Positions 42,601 through 54,535 of a DNA stretch of 63,204 nt are shown piece after piece. The stretch lies in assembly GCA_053919585.1 (NCBI GenBank), contig CM132827.1. The stretch is one strand, 5' to 3'. Position numbers and translations under genes: made by a program. The notes beneath the pieces are model-generated. The model searched no databases. It saw nothing but the letters and a program-made list of their open reading frames with translations, and was not told the DNA's origin. Source of the DNA: Euprymna scolopes (Eukaryota). How positions within the stretch are numbered: position 1 is the stretch's first letter; each line of letters begins with the position of its first letter.

Positions 42601-45600
42601 GTAAATCATGACATCAGGTAAATCATGACATACGGTTAATCATGACATCAGGTTAATCATGACATCAGGTTAATCATGACATCAGGTAAATCATGACATC
42701 AGGTAAATCATGACATCAGGTAAATCATGACATCAGGTTAATCATGACATCAGGTAAATTATGACATCAGGTTAATCATGACATACGGTTAATCATGACA
42801 TACGGTTAATCATGACATCAGGTTAATCATGACATCAGGTTAATCATGACATCAGGTAAATCATGACATCAGGTAAATCATGACATACGGTTAATCATGA
42901 CATCAGGTAAATCATGACATCAGGTTAATCATGACATCAGGTAAATCATGGCATACGGTTAATCATGACATCAGGTTAATCATGACATCAGGTTAATCAT
43001 GACATCAGGTTAATCATGACATCAGGTAAATCATGACATCAGGTAAATCATGACATCAGGTAAATCATGACATACGGTTAATCATGACATCAGGTTAATC
43101 ATGACATCAGGTTAATCATGACATCAGGTTAATCATGACATCAGGTTAATCATGACATCAGGTTAATCATGACATCAGGTAAATCATGACATCAGGTAAA
43201 TCATGACATCAGGTTAATCATGACATCAGGTTAATCATGACATACGGTTAATCATGACATACGGTTAATCATGACATCAGGTTAATCATGACATCAGGTT
43301 AATCATGACATCAGCTAAATCATGACATCAGGTAAATCATGACATCAGGTAAATCATGACATACGGTTAATCATGACATCAGGTTAATCATGACATCAGG
43401 TTAATCATGACATACGGTTAATCATGACATCAGGTAAATCATGACATCAGGTTAATCATGACATCAGGTTAATCATGACATACGGTTAATCATGACATCA
43501 GGTTAATCATGACATCAGGTTAATCATGACATCAGGTAAATCATGACATCAGGTTAATCATGACATACGGTTAATCATGACATACGGTTAATCATGACAT
43601 CAGGTTAATCATGACATACGGTTAATCATGACATACGGTTAATCATGACATCAGGTTAATCATGACATACGGTTAATCATGACATACGGTTAATCATGAC
43701 ATACGGTTAATCATGACATCAGGTTAATCATGACATACGGTTAATCATGACATCAGGTTAATCATGACATACGGTTAATCACGACATACGGTTAATCATG
43801 ACATCAGGTTAATCATGACATCAGGTTAATCATGACATCAGGTTAATCATGACATCAGGTAAATCTTGACATCAGGTTAATCATGACATCAGGTTAATCA
43901 TGACATCAGGTAAATCATGACATCAGGTTAATCATGACATACGGTTAATCATGACATCAGGTTAATCATGACATCAGGTTAATCATGACATCAGGTTAAT
44001 CATGACATCAGGTAAATCATGACATCAGGTTAATCATGACATCAGGTTAATCATGACATCAGGTAAATCATGACATCAGGTTAATCATGACATCAGGTTA
44101 ATCATGACATCAGGTTAATCATGACATCAGGTTAATCATAACATCAGGTTAATCATGACATCAGGTAAATCATGACATCAGGTTAATCATGACATCAGGT
44201 TAATCATGACATCAGGTTAATCATGACATCAGGTTAATCATGACATCAGGTAAATCATGACATCAGGTAAATCATGACATACGGTTAATCATGACATCAG
44301 GTTAATCATGACATCAGGTTAATCATGACATCAGGTAAATCATGACATACGGTTAATCATGACATCAGGTTAATCATGACATCAGGTTAATCATGACATA
44401 CGGTTAATCATGACATCAGGTAAATCATGACATACGGTTAATCATGACATCAGGTAAATCATGACATCAGGTAAATCATGACATCAGGTAAATCATGACA
44501 TCAGGTTAATCATGACATCAGGTTAATCATGACATCAGGTAAATCATGACATCAGGTTAATCATGACATACGGTTAATCATGACATACGGTTAATCATGA
44601 CATCAGGTTAATCATGACATCAGGTTAATCATGACATCAGGTAAATCATGACATCAGGTTAATCATGACATCAGGTAAATCATGACATCAGGTTAATCAT
44701 GACATACGGTTAATCATGACATCAGGTTAATCATGACATACGGTTAATCATGACATCAGGTTAATCATGACATCAGGTTAATCATGACATACGGTTAATC
44801 ATGACATACGGTTAATCATGACATCAGGTTAATCATGACATACGGTTAATCATGACATCAGGTTAATCATGACATACGGTTAATCATGACATACGGTTAA
44901 TCATGACATCAGGTTAATCATGACATACGGTTAATCATGACATCAGGTTAATCATGACATACGGTTAATCATGACATACGGTTAATCATGACATCAGGTT
45001 AATCATGACATCAGGTTAATCATGACATCAGGTAAATCATGACATCAGGTTAATCATGACATACGGTTAATCATGACATCAGGTTAATCATGACATACGG
45101 TTAATCATGACATCAGGTTAATCATGACATCAGGTAAATCATGACATCAGGTTAATCATGACATACGGTTAATCATGACATCAGGTTAATCATGACATAC
45201 GGTTAATCATGACATCAGGTTAATCATGACATCAGGTTAATCATGACATACGGTTAATCATGACATCAGGTAAATCATGACATCAGGTTAATCATGACAT
45301 ACGGTTAATCATGACATCAGGTTAATCATGACATCAGGTTAATCATGACATCAGGTAAATCATGACATCAGGTTAATCATGACATACGGTTAATCATGAC
45401 ATCAGGTTAATCATGACATCAGGTTAATCATGACATACGGTTAATCATGACATCAGGTTTATCATGACATCAGGTAAATCATGACATCAGGTTAATCATG
45501 ACATACGGTTAATCATGACATCAGGTTAATCATGACATCAGGTTAATTATGACATCAGGTTAATCATGACATACGGTTAATCATGACATCAGGTTAATCA

Positions 45601-46745
45601 TGACATCAGGTAAATCATGACATCAGGTTAATCATGACATACGGTTAATCATGACATCAGGTTAATCATGACATCAGGTTAATAATGACATCAGGTTAAT
45701 CATGACATACGGTAAATCATGACATCAGGTAAATCATGACATCAGGTAAATCATGACATCAGGTTAATCATGACATCAGGTTAATCATAACATCAGGGTA
45801 ACCATGACATCAGGTTTATCATGACATCAGGTTAATCATGACATCAGGTTAATCATAACATCAGGTTAATCATGACATACGGTTAATCATGACATCAGGT
45901 TAATCATGACATCAGGTTAATCATAACATCAGGTTAATCATGACATCAGGTTAATCATGACATCAGGTTAATCATGACATCAGGTTAATCATAACATCAG
46001 GTTAATCATGACATCAGGTTAATCATAACATCAGGTTAATCATAACATCAGGTTAATCATGACATCAGGTTAATCATGACATCAGGTTAATCATAACATC
46101 AGGTTAATCATGACATCAGGTTAATCATAACATCAGGTTAATCATGACATCAGGTTAATCATGACATCAGGTTAATCATGACATCAGGTTAATCATGACA
46201 TCAGGTTAATCATAACATCAGGTTAATCATAACATCAGGTTAATTATAACATCAGGTTAATCATGACATCAGGTAAATCATGACATCAGGTAAATCATGA
46301 CATCAGGTTAATCATGACATCAGGTTAATCATAACATCAGGTTAATCATAACATCAGGTTAATCATGACATCAGGTTAATCATGACATCAGGTAAATCAT
46401 GACATACGGTTAATCATAACATCAGGTTAATCATGACATCAGGTTAATCATAACATCAGGTTAATCATAACATCAGGTTAATCATGACATCAGGTTAATC
46501 ATAACATCAGGGTAACCATGACATCAGGTTTATCATGACATCAGGTTAATCATGACATCAGGTTAATCATGACATCAGGTTTAATCATGACATCAGGTTA
46601 ATCATAACATCAGGTTAATCATAACATCAGGTTAATCATGACATCAGGTTTAATCATAACATCAGGTTAATCATAACATCAGATTAATTATAACATCAGG
46701 TTAATCATACCATCAGATTAATTATAACATCAGGTTAATCATAAC
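24633..46745. repeat. satellite array, 17-bp monomer TTAATCATGACATCAGG, ~22.1 kb, ~1,300 copies
   Basis: Uninterrupted head-to-tail array. Main variants: ATAAC/ATGAC, GGTTAA/GGTAAA, CATCAGG/CATACGG and an 18-bp GGTTTAA form. Confidence 0.99.
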
Positions 46746-46959
46746 TGATGTGATGTTCATTTATGAAATATTAGTCAATAGTATTTTTGCTAAGGTTTTA
46801 CAAGTTCCACAACCTAAAATCATTGAGGTGGGTGATTACATCTTCCTGAACATTTTAAAGTGCATCAGGTTAATCGTTCGTCCATCCAGCATGGTTTTAG
46901 CTGAGATTGAACTCACTACATGAGTTTGTAGTGTAATTCAAATCTTGTCAGTAGCTTCT

Positions 46960-47207
46960 TGATGCTTATCCAGGGCTATCAAGGGTACTTTTTATCGTGT
47001 CGCCATCACTAGATGGGGTGCATACCATGGCTTAAGAGAGTCCCATCTACTCTCGAGAGAAGGATAGACCACATCAGTTTCTCAATCTGGTATTTTACAT
47101 TGCAGTACATATAGCACCTCGCCTTCCCAAATGGTCACCTATCTGGTGATAGCAGTTGCTTAACTTTGGTGATCTGACAAGAACCGGTGTGTCAATGTGA
47201 TTGTGCC
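46960..47207 (-). mobile_element. 5S rRNA-derived sequence (SINE3-like head or 5S pseudogene; head about 47107-47207)
   Basis: Minus strand ACACCGGTTCTTGTCAGATCACCAAAGTTAAGCAAC...ATAGGTGACCATTTGGGAA...GGTGCT matches 5S rRNA with an internal deletion. Body extent uncertain. Confidence 0.7.
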
Positions 47208-48391
47208 ATATATTTAAAAAAAAAAGATTAATCGTACTTGTCACACAGGAGAGCATAATTTAATAAATTGGTTACTCGGGTGGAAAGAACTTATAGGTGT
47301 TTCTGTGTATTAGTATTGATTTGAAAACTGAACACTGCCAATGATTGGGAATCACAATCATATTGGAATAGACTTGCATGCAACAATTGTGCTTTGATGA
47401 TTTGTGCTAAAAAATTTAGAAAACTAACTTGGTACTCCATAAATATCTTGAAAGCTGTGTATTGTGAGCTGAAGAATTATGACATCAGTTTTAAACAGCA
47501 TATACTCTGAGTTTATCTGTACAATGAAATCAGTAGAAGCAGCAAAATCAAGGCATGGCAGTGTAGACTATGACAATATAAATGTGCATCTTAGAGGCAA
47601 CTATGGAGAAACTGCGGAATGACAAGCCTCACTACTCCTCATACTAGTCACAAAAGTTAATAACTAGCCACTAACTCATAAAACAAAGTAACTCCTTAAA
47701 AAGCTCAAACACCGGATCAGTGAAGAATGTTTTTGTTATTTTATAGATGCCAACTTCCAATGGAAAGTATTGGCACGAGACGGAGGGACTGACCTTAGCA
47801 AGAAAAAAACGAAATAATTTCGCCCACAAATGGCAACTGATGGAGATGAGAAAAAGAAGAGAAATACCTTACTTTAATTTTCTTGCAGCAGATTACCAAT
47901 GTTGTGACCTCGTATAGTAAATTCCTGTACAAAGGTCAGATAATTATCACAGGAAAAATAATCATAGATCCGAAAGGATCTTAATAGACAAATGTAGACA
48001 AGAAAAAACAAATAATGGCTTGAGCTAAGAAGAGAGTGAAGCTGCCAAAGGAGAGAAGAAGATGAGGATGCCAAAGCATATGCAACAAGCTTTTTTTATA
48101 ACAGACGATTGACACGTGACATCTATTACAAATAAAAATAATCCCTAGCTTCTTAATCTCAAGCATATCCGTCAGAAGCTGCAAGAAGGTGAGAACCCTA
48201 ATTTTTTCTGACATATAAGAACTTCTGTTAGGACCATTTGCTCAATAGACAGAATTGCTGGTGAGTATACAGTTAACAGAATGACGGACACATCATGAAA
48301 AGAAAATTCGTTCAAACTGTGTGTTTAATTTTGAATTTTTAGAATACATCTTATCTATTGGCCAAGATATGAATTATATTTTTCCTTTATA

Positions 48392-48848
48392 AAAATCAAG
48401 CAGGCAGTGCCTGCTTTGCCCATTTGTAAAATACGCTTAAATATGATATTTTAATGTGTCCAGATTTTTCAGATATTATTATAGAGTCGTGATTTCAAAA
48501 GTAAAAAAATAAGCATTTAGGTGCCATCAGCTAGAATAGAAACCAAAAGCAAAACTGTAGCTATCAAAGCTGGTGACGTTACCACTGTACCAATGTGACA
48601 CACACATGAACTGATTAAAAATTAAAAATAAAGATTAATGTACAAAATGGGTAACGACTTTTCCAGTTTTGACCTATTTTTTTAACCCTTAAAAAGCTAT
48701 TTTTACCGACTAAAGACTTATAAAAAACGATCCTTAAAAATCCAGTCAGTTGGGGCCCCTAGCGCGACTCTGCGACTTTTAGTTTCGGAAGAGATAGTTT
48801 AATATGGAGGCACAGACAGACAGACATATAACTTTTTATATATTAGAT
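48392..48848 (+). mobile_element. non-autonomous Helitron/HINE-like repeat
   Basis: Hairpin AGCAGGCAGTGCCTGCT near the start; ends with (ACAG)n and TTTTATATATTAGAT. Confidence 0.4.
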
Positions 48849-49079
48849 ATAAGATTTCAAGTTTATTTGGAAAATTGTAAAATGGTGAAGGATAACAAGT
48901 TAGTGAAACACTTTTTGTATGAAATTAAACTCTATTTTGTAGTAGCTTTATCAACAGCAACTCCCACATCTTCTGATAAAGCTCCAAACCAACTGTTTTA
49001 TAGACTATTTATTTTTTTTACAGGTGAGGCACCACTTATCAAAGCCCGAAAACCAGTTGAGGATAAGTGTTAATGAGTA

Positions 49080-49830
49080 TAGGGTAGTGACTGAGGGAAC
49101 AGCATATTAATATTTAGTGCTGGAAATGAGGAAGAACTGGGGAGGACGGCTCAATAAGAACTTGTTTAAACTTGAAGACGACTATATTGCAGTCAGCTGG
49201 AAAGCATGTCAGCAGAACAGAGTTCCTCAGGCAGGCAGTTCTAGGAAACAAGCTTTGTTCATGGAAGTTGCATTTAGATTTAAGCACAGATAGAGAGTGG
49301 GGGGAAACTTTCCATGGTTATTGTAGCTAGTCGGGTGTTTTTGTGAATGTTTGGCAAGGGGGGCATAAATTGGAGCTCAATCGAGCACTCGCTATAAAAA
49401 TAATGATAGAGCAGAAACAAGCTCATAACATTATTTCAGTGGGAAAGAGGCTGCAGAGAACAAAAAAGGCATCACCTACTTGTCAAGGCAAGATAGGGTG
49501 CCCCCAGCAGTGCACCATTATAGAACGTATCAGGCTCTTATATAGAAAGAGGATTGCATTAGGAGTTGGATATCTTGTTGATCGATAAAATTATGCTGCA
49601 ATTTTTCCAGCAACCTTGACAAAGATTTGATGTAAGTCTTCCATTTCAGGTCAGGACTGAAGGTCAGACCCAGAAGCTTGTCAAAACAGCCTCTTTTAGA
49701 CGAGAGCCATTCATATTAATTGATGCCAAGTGGGGATCAGAGTGTTTATTACAAAAGATAAAAGCTTGGTTTTGGATGCGTTAAAATTAACCACTTTTTA
49801 CTCCATTGCACCACGTGTTCAATGTCTGAA
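49080..49830 (-). mobile_element. old CR1/L2-group LINE remnant
   Basis: Minus strand retains SLFPRTACLRNSVL...FPADCNIVVFKFK, similar to the 55200 ORF C-terminus; heavily degraded. Confidence 0.6.
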
Positions 49831-50066
49831 GAGAGACACTTAGATCTTTGACATCCTCTCAATCTTAAACCTCAATCAAACTGGATTTAGGTATAACCCT
49901 CTATTTTACGAGACAGTCTTGGGTAAGAATTTTCATCCTCAGGACCCAAAATCAAGAGATTAGGGTATTCCTGAAATGATCCAATCCCTATTGATTTTGC
50001 AGTGGGAGTTTACTTCTGTGCAGTCCTAGGAGGTCCATCTTCCCAGGCCTTGTCTTCTCTCTTTGA

Positions 50067-50455
50067 TTAGTATTTAGTAATATGGCATTTACTCGCCATA
50101 ACAGATTCCAAATGTTTGGGATACTTCCTTACAAGATTGTTACAAATGTTAACTGGAATTTTCTCCCACTCTTCTTGGCAAATTCGTTTAAGTTCTGTCA
50201 AATTCCTTGGATCTCTCCTTTGTACCATTAGCTTCAACTGTCGCCACAGATTTTCAATTGGGTTGAGGTCAGGTGATTGACTTGGCCATCCTAATACCTT
50301 TATTTCCTTCTCCCAAAACCATGCAGTAGGTGCCTTAGCCATGTGCTTGGGATTGTTATCCTGCTGGAATATCTAACCATTAGGCAAGTTCAAATCCTCT
50401 GCAGACTTCAAGAGATTACCATTAAGTATAGCCTGATGCATTTGAGAATTCATTT
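50067..50455 (-). pseudogene. Tc1 (DD34E) transposase C-terminal fragment
   Basis: FQQDNNPKH...[15 protein letters not shown]...WEKIP...TKY; 34 residues between D and E. Confidence 0.92.
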
Positions 50456-51750
50456 TTTTTAAATATGCCCGTTTAGATTATTCTACTCGACATGAAGTAA
50501 TTCACATAAACTCCATCATGTGTGGTTTAATCAATAAAGTCATTAGGAGATGCCTTAACTGTTTTAAATCAAATAGAAACTCCAGCTCTGCATTAAACCT
50601 TGCAGATTCTGTTCTCTTTTCTTTTATTTTAATTCACTCCAAGTTCAATAATAGGGACTTGTTTGAAAAAAAAATCCAGTTCCTGAATCTAATTGAAGAA
50701 ATCACCAAAAAAGTATGTCACAGAACTTCACCGATATCAATGATACTTACAGATTTAGCTGTGAGGTTATTTCTGTCAAAAGCTGTCCAATCCAATTCTA
50801 GTATTTCTAACTTTAGTGGAATTCTTACCATTGTTGAACAATTCAGGTTATCAATGGAAACAAGATTTTCATTCTATCTAAATGATAAAAACTTGTGTAT
50901 GCCTACTTTCCCAGACCCATGATGCAAATATTAATTTTAAAAGATTGGCATAGAGAACATATTTAGAATTGGATTCTACATCTACTTTCTACCGATGATC
51001 ATTATCAAGCAGAATGAACAGTATACACTACTCTGCTGAGGGTGAAGAAGTACGAACATGCGTAAATTACAACGTGGCAACTTTGAAACAAACTGACAAA
51101 AAAGTAACCAGAAAAAATTTCACCAAAGATACCTTCATCACTCTTTGTATAAGAAGATAATAGGACGTAAAAGTACAATTATTTCTGATTTAATTTCAGC
51201 CTCAATTCTTGAGGTGTGAAAAGTGAACATTGCATCATTTATAATAGAAAAATTGCACTGATGGACCATTTTTAAAGTATCATCAAATAAAACTGAATTA
51301 AAAGACAGTAAATATTCAATATGATTCCATACATAATGATTATTATGCCTATGTTTTTGAAACAAGTCCAGCTGCAACTTAATTATAAGTCGATAAAAAT
51401 GCTGATATGTTCAATTTTCGTGGCGAAAATAAAGTACCAAATGTCATAAACATATTCTAATTTCAAAATTACATATAACAAAACTATTAAAAGATACAGA
51501 TCTGGAATAGTGCATGCTTAATCAATACATATTGTAGAATGTTATATTCAAATGTCAGCACTTTACACGACGTACTTAAGAAAATGTAATGATCATGTGT
51601 AGTTTTTCACTTTGTTTATCGTGGTGATGTAATTACCACTTGATCTCTATATATATAGCTACTTCTTTCCTTCAATGAGACATTCATTGCCACAAATTGG
51701 GAATTGAGCAAAGTAGATGACAATATATATATATTATCGAACATATTGAT

Positions 51751-52023
51751 TTGGTTGGTTGTTTTTGTTTTACGGCATATCAACCCTTTTCAGGTTATTT
51801 AATGCCGAATCCAAAGATTTTGACGAAAATTTTTTTTAATTGAATATATTTGTTTTTTCACGTCGGTTTTTTATTTAACCCATAGTTGGGACCCTAACAG
51901 GTACTACCACTCCGGGTCAGAGTGGACCTGAGAGCAATGGTAATTAAGAGGTGGCTCCACACTCCCCAAAGCCCACAAGCTGAGGCCTGACCACTGAATA
52001 TAGTTTAAGGTCATATCCAGGAC
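51751..52023. mobile_element. SINE/LINE-tail-like interspersed repeat
   Basis: GGTACTACCACTCCGGGTCAGAGTGGACCTG...GTCATATCCAGGAC resembles an abundant octopod repeat as I recall it; not verified by search. Confidence 0.45.
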
Positions 52024-52057
52024 CTCGGACATATTGAAGTTAGGAAGAACTTTTAAT

Positions 52058-52253
52058 CGCATGCCTGTGGAACTCTCTTCCATTTGCCTGCTATCCAGCT
52101 GACTAAAATACGCTTCTTAATGAACAATTTCTTTACCAAATTTTTACTACTAATGATTATTACGATGTTGTCTCATTGACTACCATACACTCATTAACAC
52201 TTATCCTTGAGTAGCCTGCAGACCTTGATAAGTGGTAACTCTTTGGTAAAAAA
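52058..52253 (+). mobile_element. old CR1/L2-group LINE 3' tip
   Basis: GCCTGTGGAACTCT...CTTATCCTTGAGT...CCTTGATAAGTGGT..AAAA, like 55580-55790. Confidence 0.65.
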
Positions 52254-52409
52254 TAGTCTAATCGAATAAAGGCCTATCAAACAATATTTTATTTGTCATC
52301 AAGCATAAATAATAATATAGTTTAGTTAAGCTAAACGTAATTTACGTCTTTTTAGTAATAACAACATTTCTGGAAGTTGTTCTACTGTTTTTATTTATTT
52401 ACAGATACG

Positions 52410-53231
52410 ATGTCTGAGCTAAAAGAGGAGAAACCGTTTTCCTGTGAACTTTGTGGATCTTCATTTTTAAAAAGGTTTCAGCTGAACAGACACGTGTCTA
52501 AACACAATCAAGAGAAACCATTTTCATGTGAAATATGTGGGGCTTCATTTTCTTATGCATCACATATCAAACGACACGTGCGTATACACACGGGGGAGAA
52601 ACCATTTTCTTGTGAAATATGTGGATCTTCATTTTGCAATAAAGCACCTCTCCAACGTCACATGCGTGTACACACTGGAGAGAAACCATTTTGCTGTGAA
52701 ATATGTGGATGTTCGTTTGCTGATAAATTAACTTTGATGAATCACACTCGAACTCACACTGGAGAGAAACCATTTTCATGTGAAACTTGTGGGGTTTCAT
52801 TTGCGCGGAAATATTCGTTGATTACCCACATTCGTACACATACTGGCGAGAGGCCGTTTACCTGCGAAATTTGTGAATCTTCATTTTCTGAAAAATCAAC
52901 GTTGACTGAACACATGCGTATGCATACGGGGGAGAAACCATATGCCTGCGAAATATGTGGATCTTCATTTTCTCGAAAATCACACTTGATCACCCACAAT
53001 CGTACACACACTGGGGATAGACCGTTTTCCTGTGAAATTTGTGAATCTTCATTTGTTGACAAATCAACTTTGACCAGACACATACGTATACACACTGGCG
53101 AGAAACCATTCTCATGTGACATTTGTGGATTTTCTGCTTCTCAGAAATCAAATTTAAAAAATCACATGCGTATACACACAAACCTCGAGCAACAGGCAGC
53201 ATCTGATGGGCTCCCAGAATCCAAACGTTAA
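52410..53231 (+). CDS. tandem C2H2 (Kruppel-type) zinc-finger protein, 9 fingers, 273 aa from the ATG at 52410
   Basis: Nine CxxC-x12-HxxxH units with HTGEKPF-type linkers in an open frame. Pyrimidine tract plus CAG acceptor at 52404 just upstream implies an upstream exon. Confidence 0.93.
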   Translation: MSELKEEKPFSCELCGSSFLKRFQLNRHVSKHNQEKPFSCEICGASFSYASHIKRHVRIHTGEKPFSCEICGSSFCNKAPLQRHMRVHTGEKPFCCEICGCSFADKLTLMNHTRTHTGEKPFSCETCGVSFARKYSLITHIRTHTGERPFTCEICESSFSEKSTLTEHMRMHTGEKPYACEICGSSFSRKSHLITHNRTHTGDRPFSCEICESSFVDKSTLTRHIRIHTGEKPFSCDICGFSASQKSNLKNHMRIHTNLEQQAASDGLPESKR

Positions 53232-53375
53232 AATGGTATATGAACACCAAGAAACAAAAGAACCCGTAGAGCTACCTCAATCATAAAACCAGCCAAACTA
53301 TTTTGGGCAAGACTGGCTTTCAAATGACACAGAGTAGAAAACCAGCCTGGAGAGAACTTTAGTGTCTGCAAAACG

Positions 53376-54430
53376 CTCGAGTTTCTAAAGTCTTCCTATG
53401 CAGGGGTTTGTCAGGACAATTTGGCATGAGGATATTGTTCCATACAAGTAAACTGTAACCAAATATTTAAAATAACATAATATTTGCAGCACAAATAAGA
53501 TATTCTCAGTATGGCGAACCCATACTGGCATCTACAAGAGATATTGCATCTTCTTCAAGTGATGTAAGATCCAGTGACTCCACAAAGCATAATGCTTCAC
53601 CAGTGTAGGTTAATTCTTGTCTTAGAACCTTGGTATTACAAGGAGACCAAAAAGAAAGATATACTATGACATATTTACATGGTTAATACTTGATGACCAA
53701 TGCTTTTAAAAAGATGAGAGGTTTCAGTAATAACAACAACTGCAGGTTCTGCCACACGAAAGTAGAGAGTGGGAGCGACCTGATTCTGGTTGTAAAATTC
53801 TTCCATTATACAATGGGACACCATGGAGTGTCACTGGAAAATCTGAGAAAATAACGAATATCCAGTGTGGATCTTCTGCTTCTCAGAAATCAAATTTAAA
53901 AAAATCACCTACATATTAACACTGCTGTTAGACACTGTCCTCGAGTGTCTAAAGTCTCTCTGTACAGGGGTTTATCAGAACAATCTGGCATGAGGATACT
54001 TTTTCCATAGAAGTAAACCTTGACCAAATATTCAAAATCACATAGTATTCGCTGCCCAAATAAGATCTCCTCACTATGGCTAACCCACATTAGCTTTTAC
54101 GAGGAATGGTGCACCTCTCCAAGTGATGTTACCTCAAGTAATAGCACGAAGCTGGATACTCCACCAGACTAGATAAATTCTTGTCCTGGAATCCAGTAAG
54201 ACCAAGAGACCAAAATGAAAGTTATGCTACAACGTATAAAAATGGTTAATTGGGGAGAGGAAAATTATGTTCTCAATTTCTTTACTAACTCAGTGTTTGA
54301 GAAATAAAGAACTTTAATGGAACATTTGAATATCTATGTATCTCATATAGACTGCAAGTGTTAGCCCCAGATTGTGAGCCCCTTGATTTCTGAGAACTTT
54401 GACTGAAGTAAAATAAAACAATACAAAGAG
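53376..54430 (+). repeat. two tandem diverged copies of the ZF-downstream module (53376-53690 and 53866-54430; the second starts with a copy of finger 9)
   Basis: 53866-53908 is nearly identical to 53124-53165. CTCGAGT.TCTAAAGTCT...CAGGGGTTT.TCAG.ACAAT.TGGCATGAGGATA is shared. Confidence 0.85.
53688..53850 (+). mobile_element. RLE retrotransposon CCHC fragment
   Basis: LMTNAFKKMRGFSNNNNCRFCHTKVESGSDLI, then GCKIL and HWKI remnants. Confidence 0.65.
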
Positions 54431-54535
54431 CCCTTGGATATAAATTTGAATCATAAAAGAAAGTGTTAGCTTCAGGAGGGAGCCACTTGATCTCTTAAAA
54501 TTTACTGAAGTAAAAATAAATAAAAAAAAGACAGA

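Noticed and set aside
24633-46745. CRISPR array, telomeric repeat or repetitive coding sequence
   Set aside because: There are no unique spacers or cas genes and no TTAGG(G) units. TTAA and TCATGA in a 17-bp period put stops in all six frames.
47107-47207. Functional 5S rRNA gene
   Set aside because: Internal deletion, many substitutions and no oligo-T terminator.
50518-50922. 134-aa ORF as a host gene
   Set aside because: No recognisable motif or splice support.
52377-52409. ORF-track N-terminal extension of the ZF protein (MFYCFYLFTDT)
   Set aside because: It starts at TTG and runs through a polypyrimidine tract and AG acceptor, so it is mostly intron.
52528-53250. Alternative-frame and antisense ORFs over the ZF exon
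   Set aside because: These are shadows of the repetitive finger codons.
54285-54410. Antisense exon with CAG acceptor and GT(A/T)AGT donor, also seen at about 3265-3385 and 56705-56830
   Set aside because: The frame is not conserved across copies, and much of the segment matches the RLE element 3' tail.
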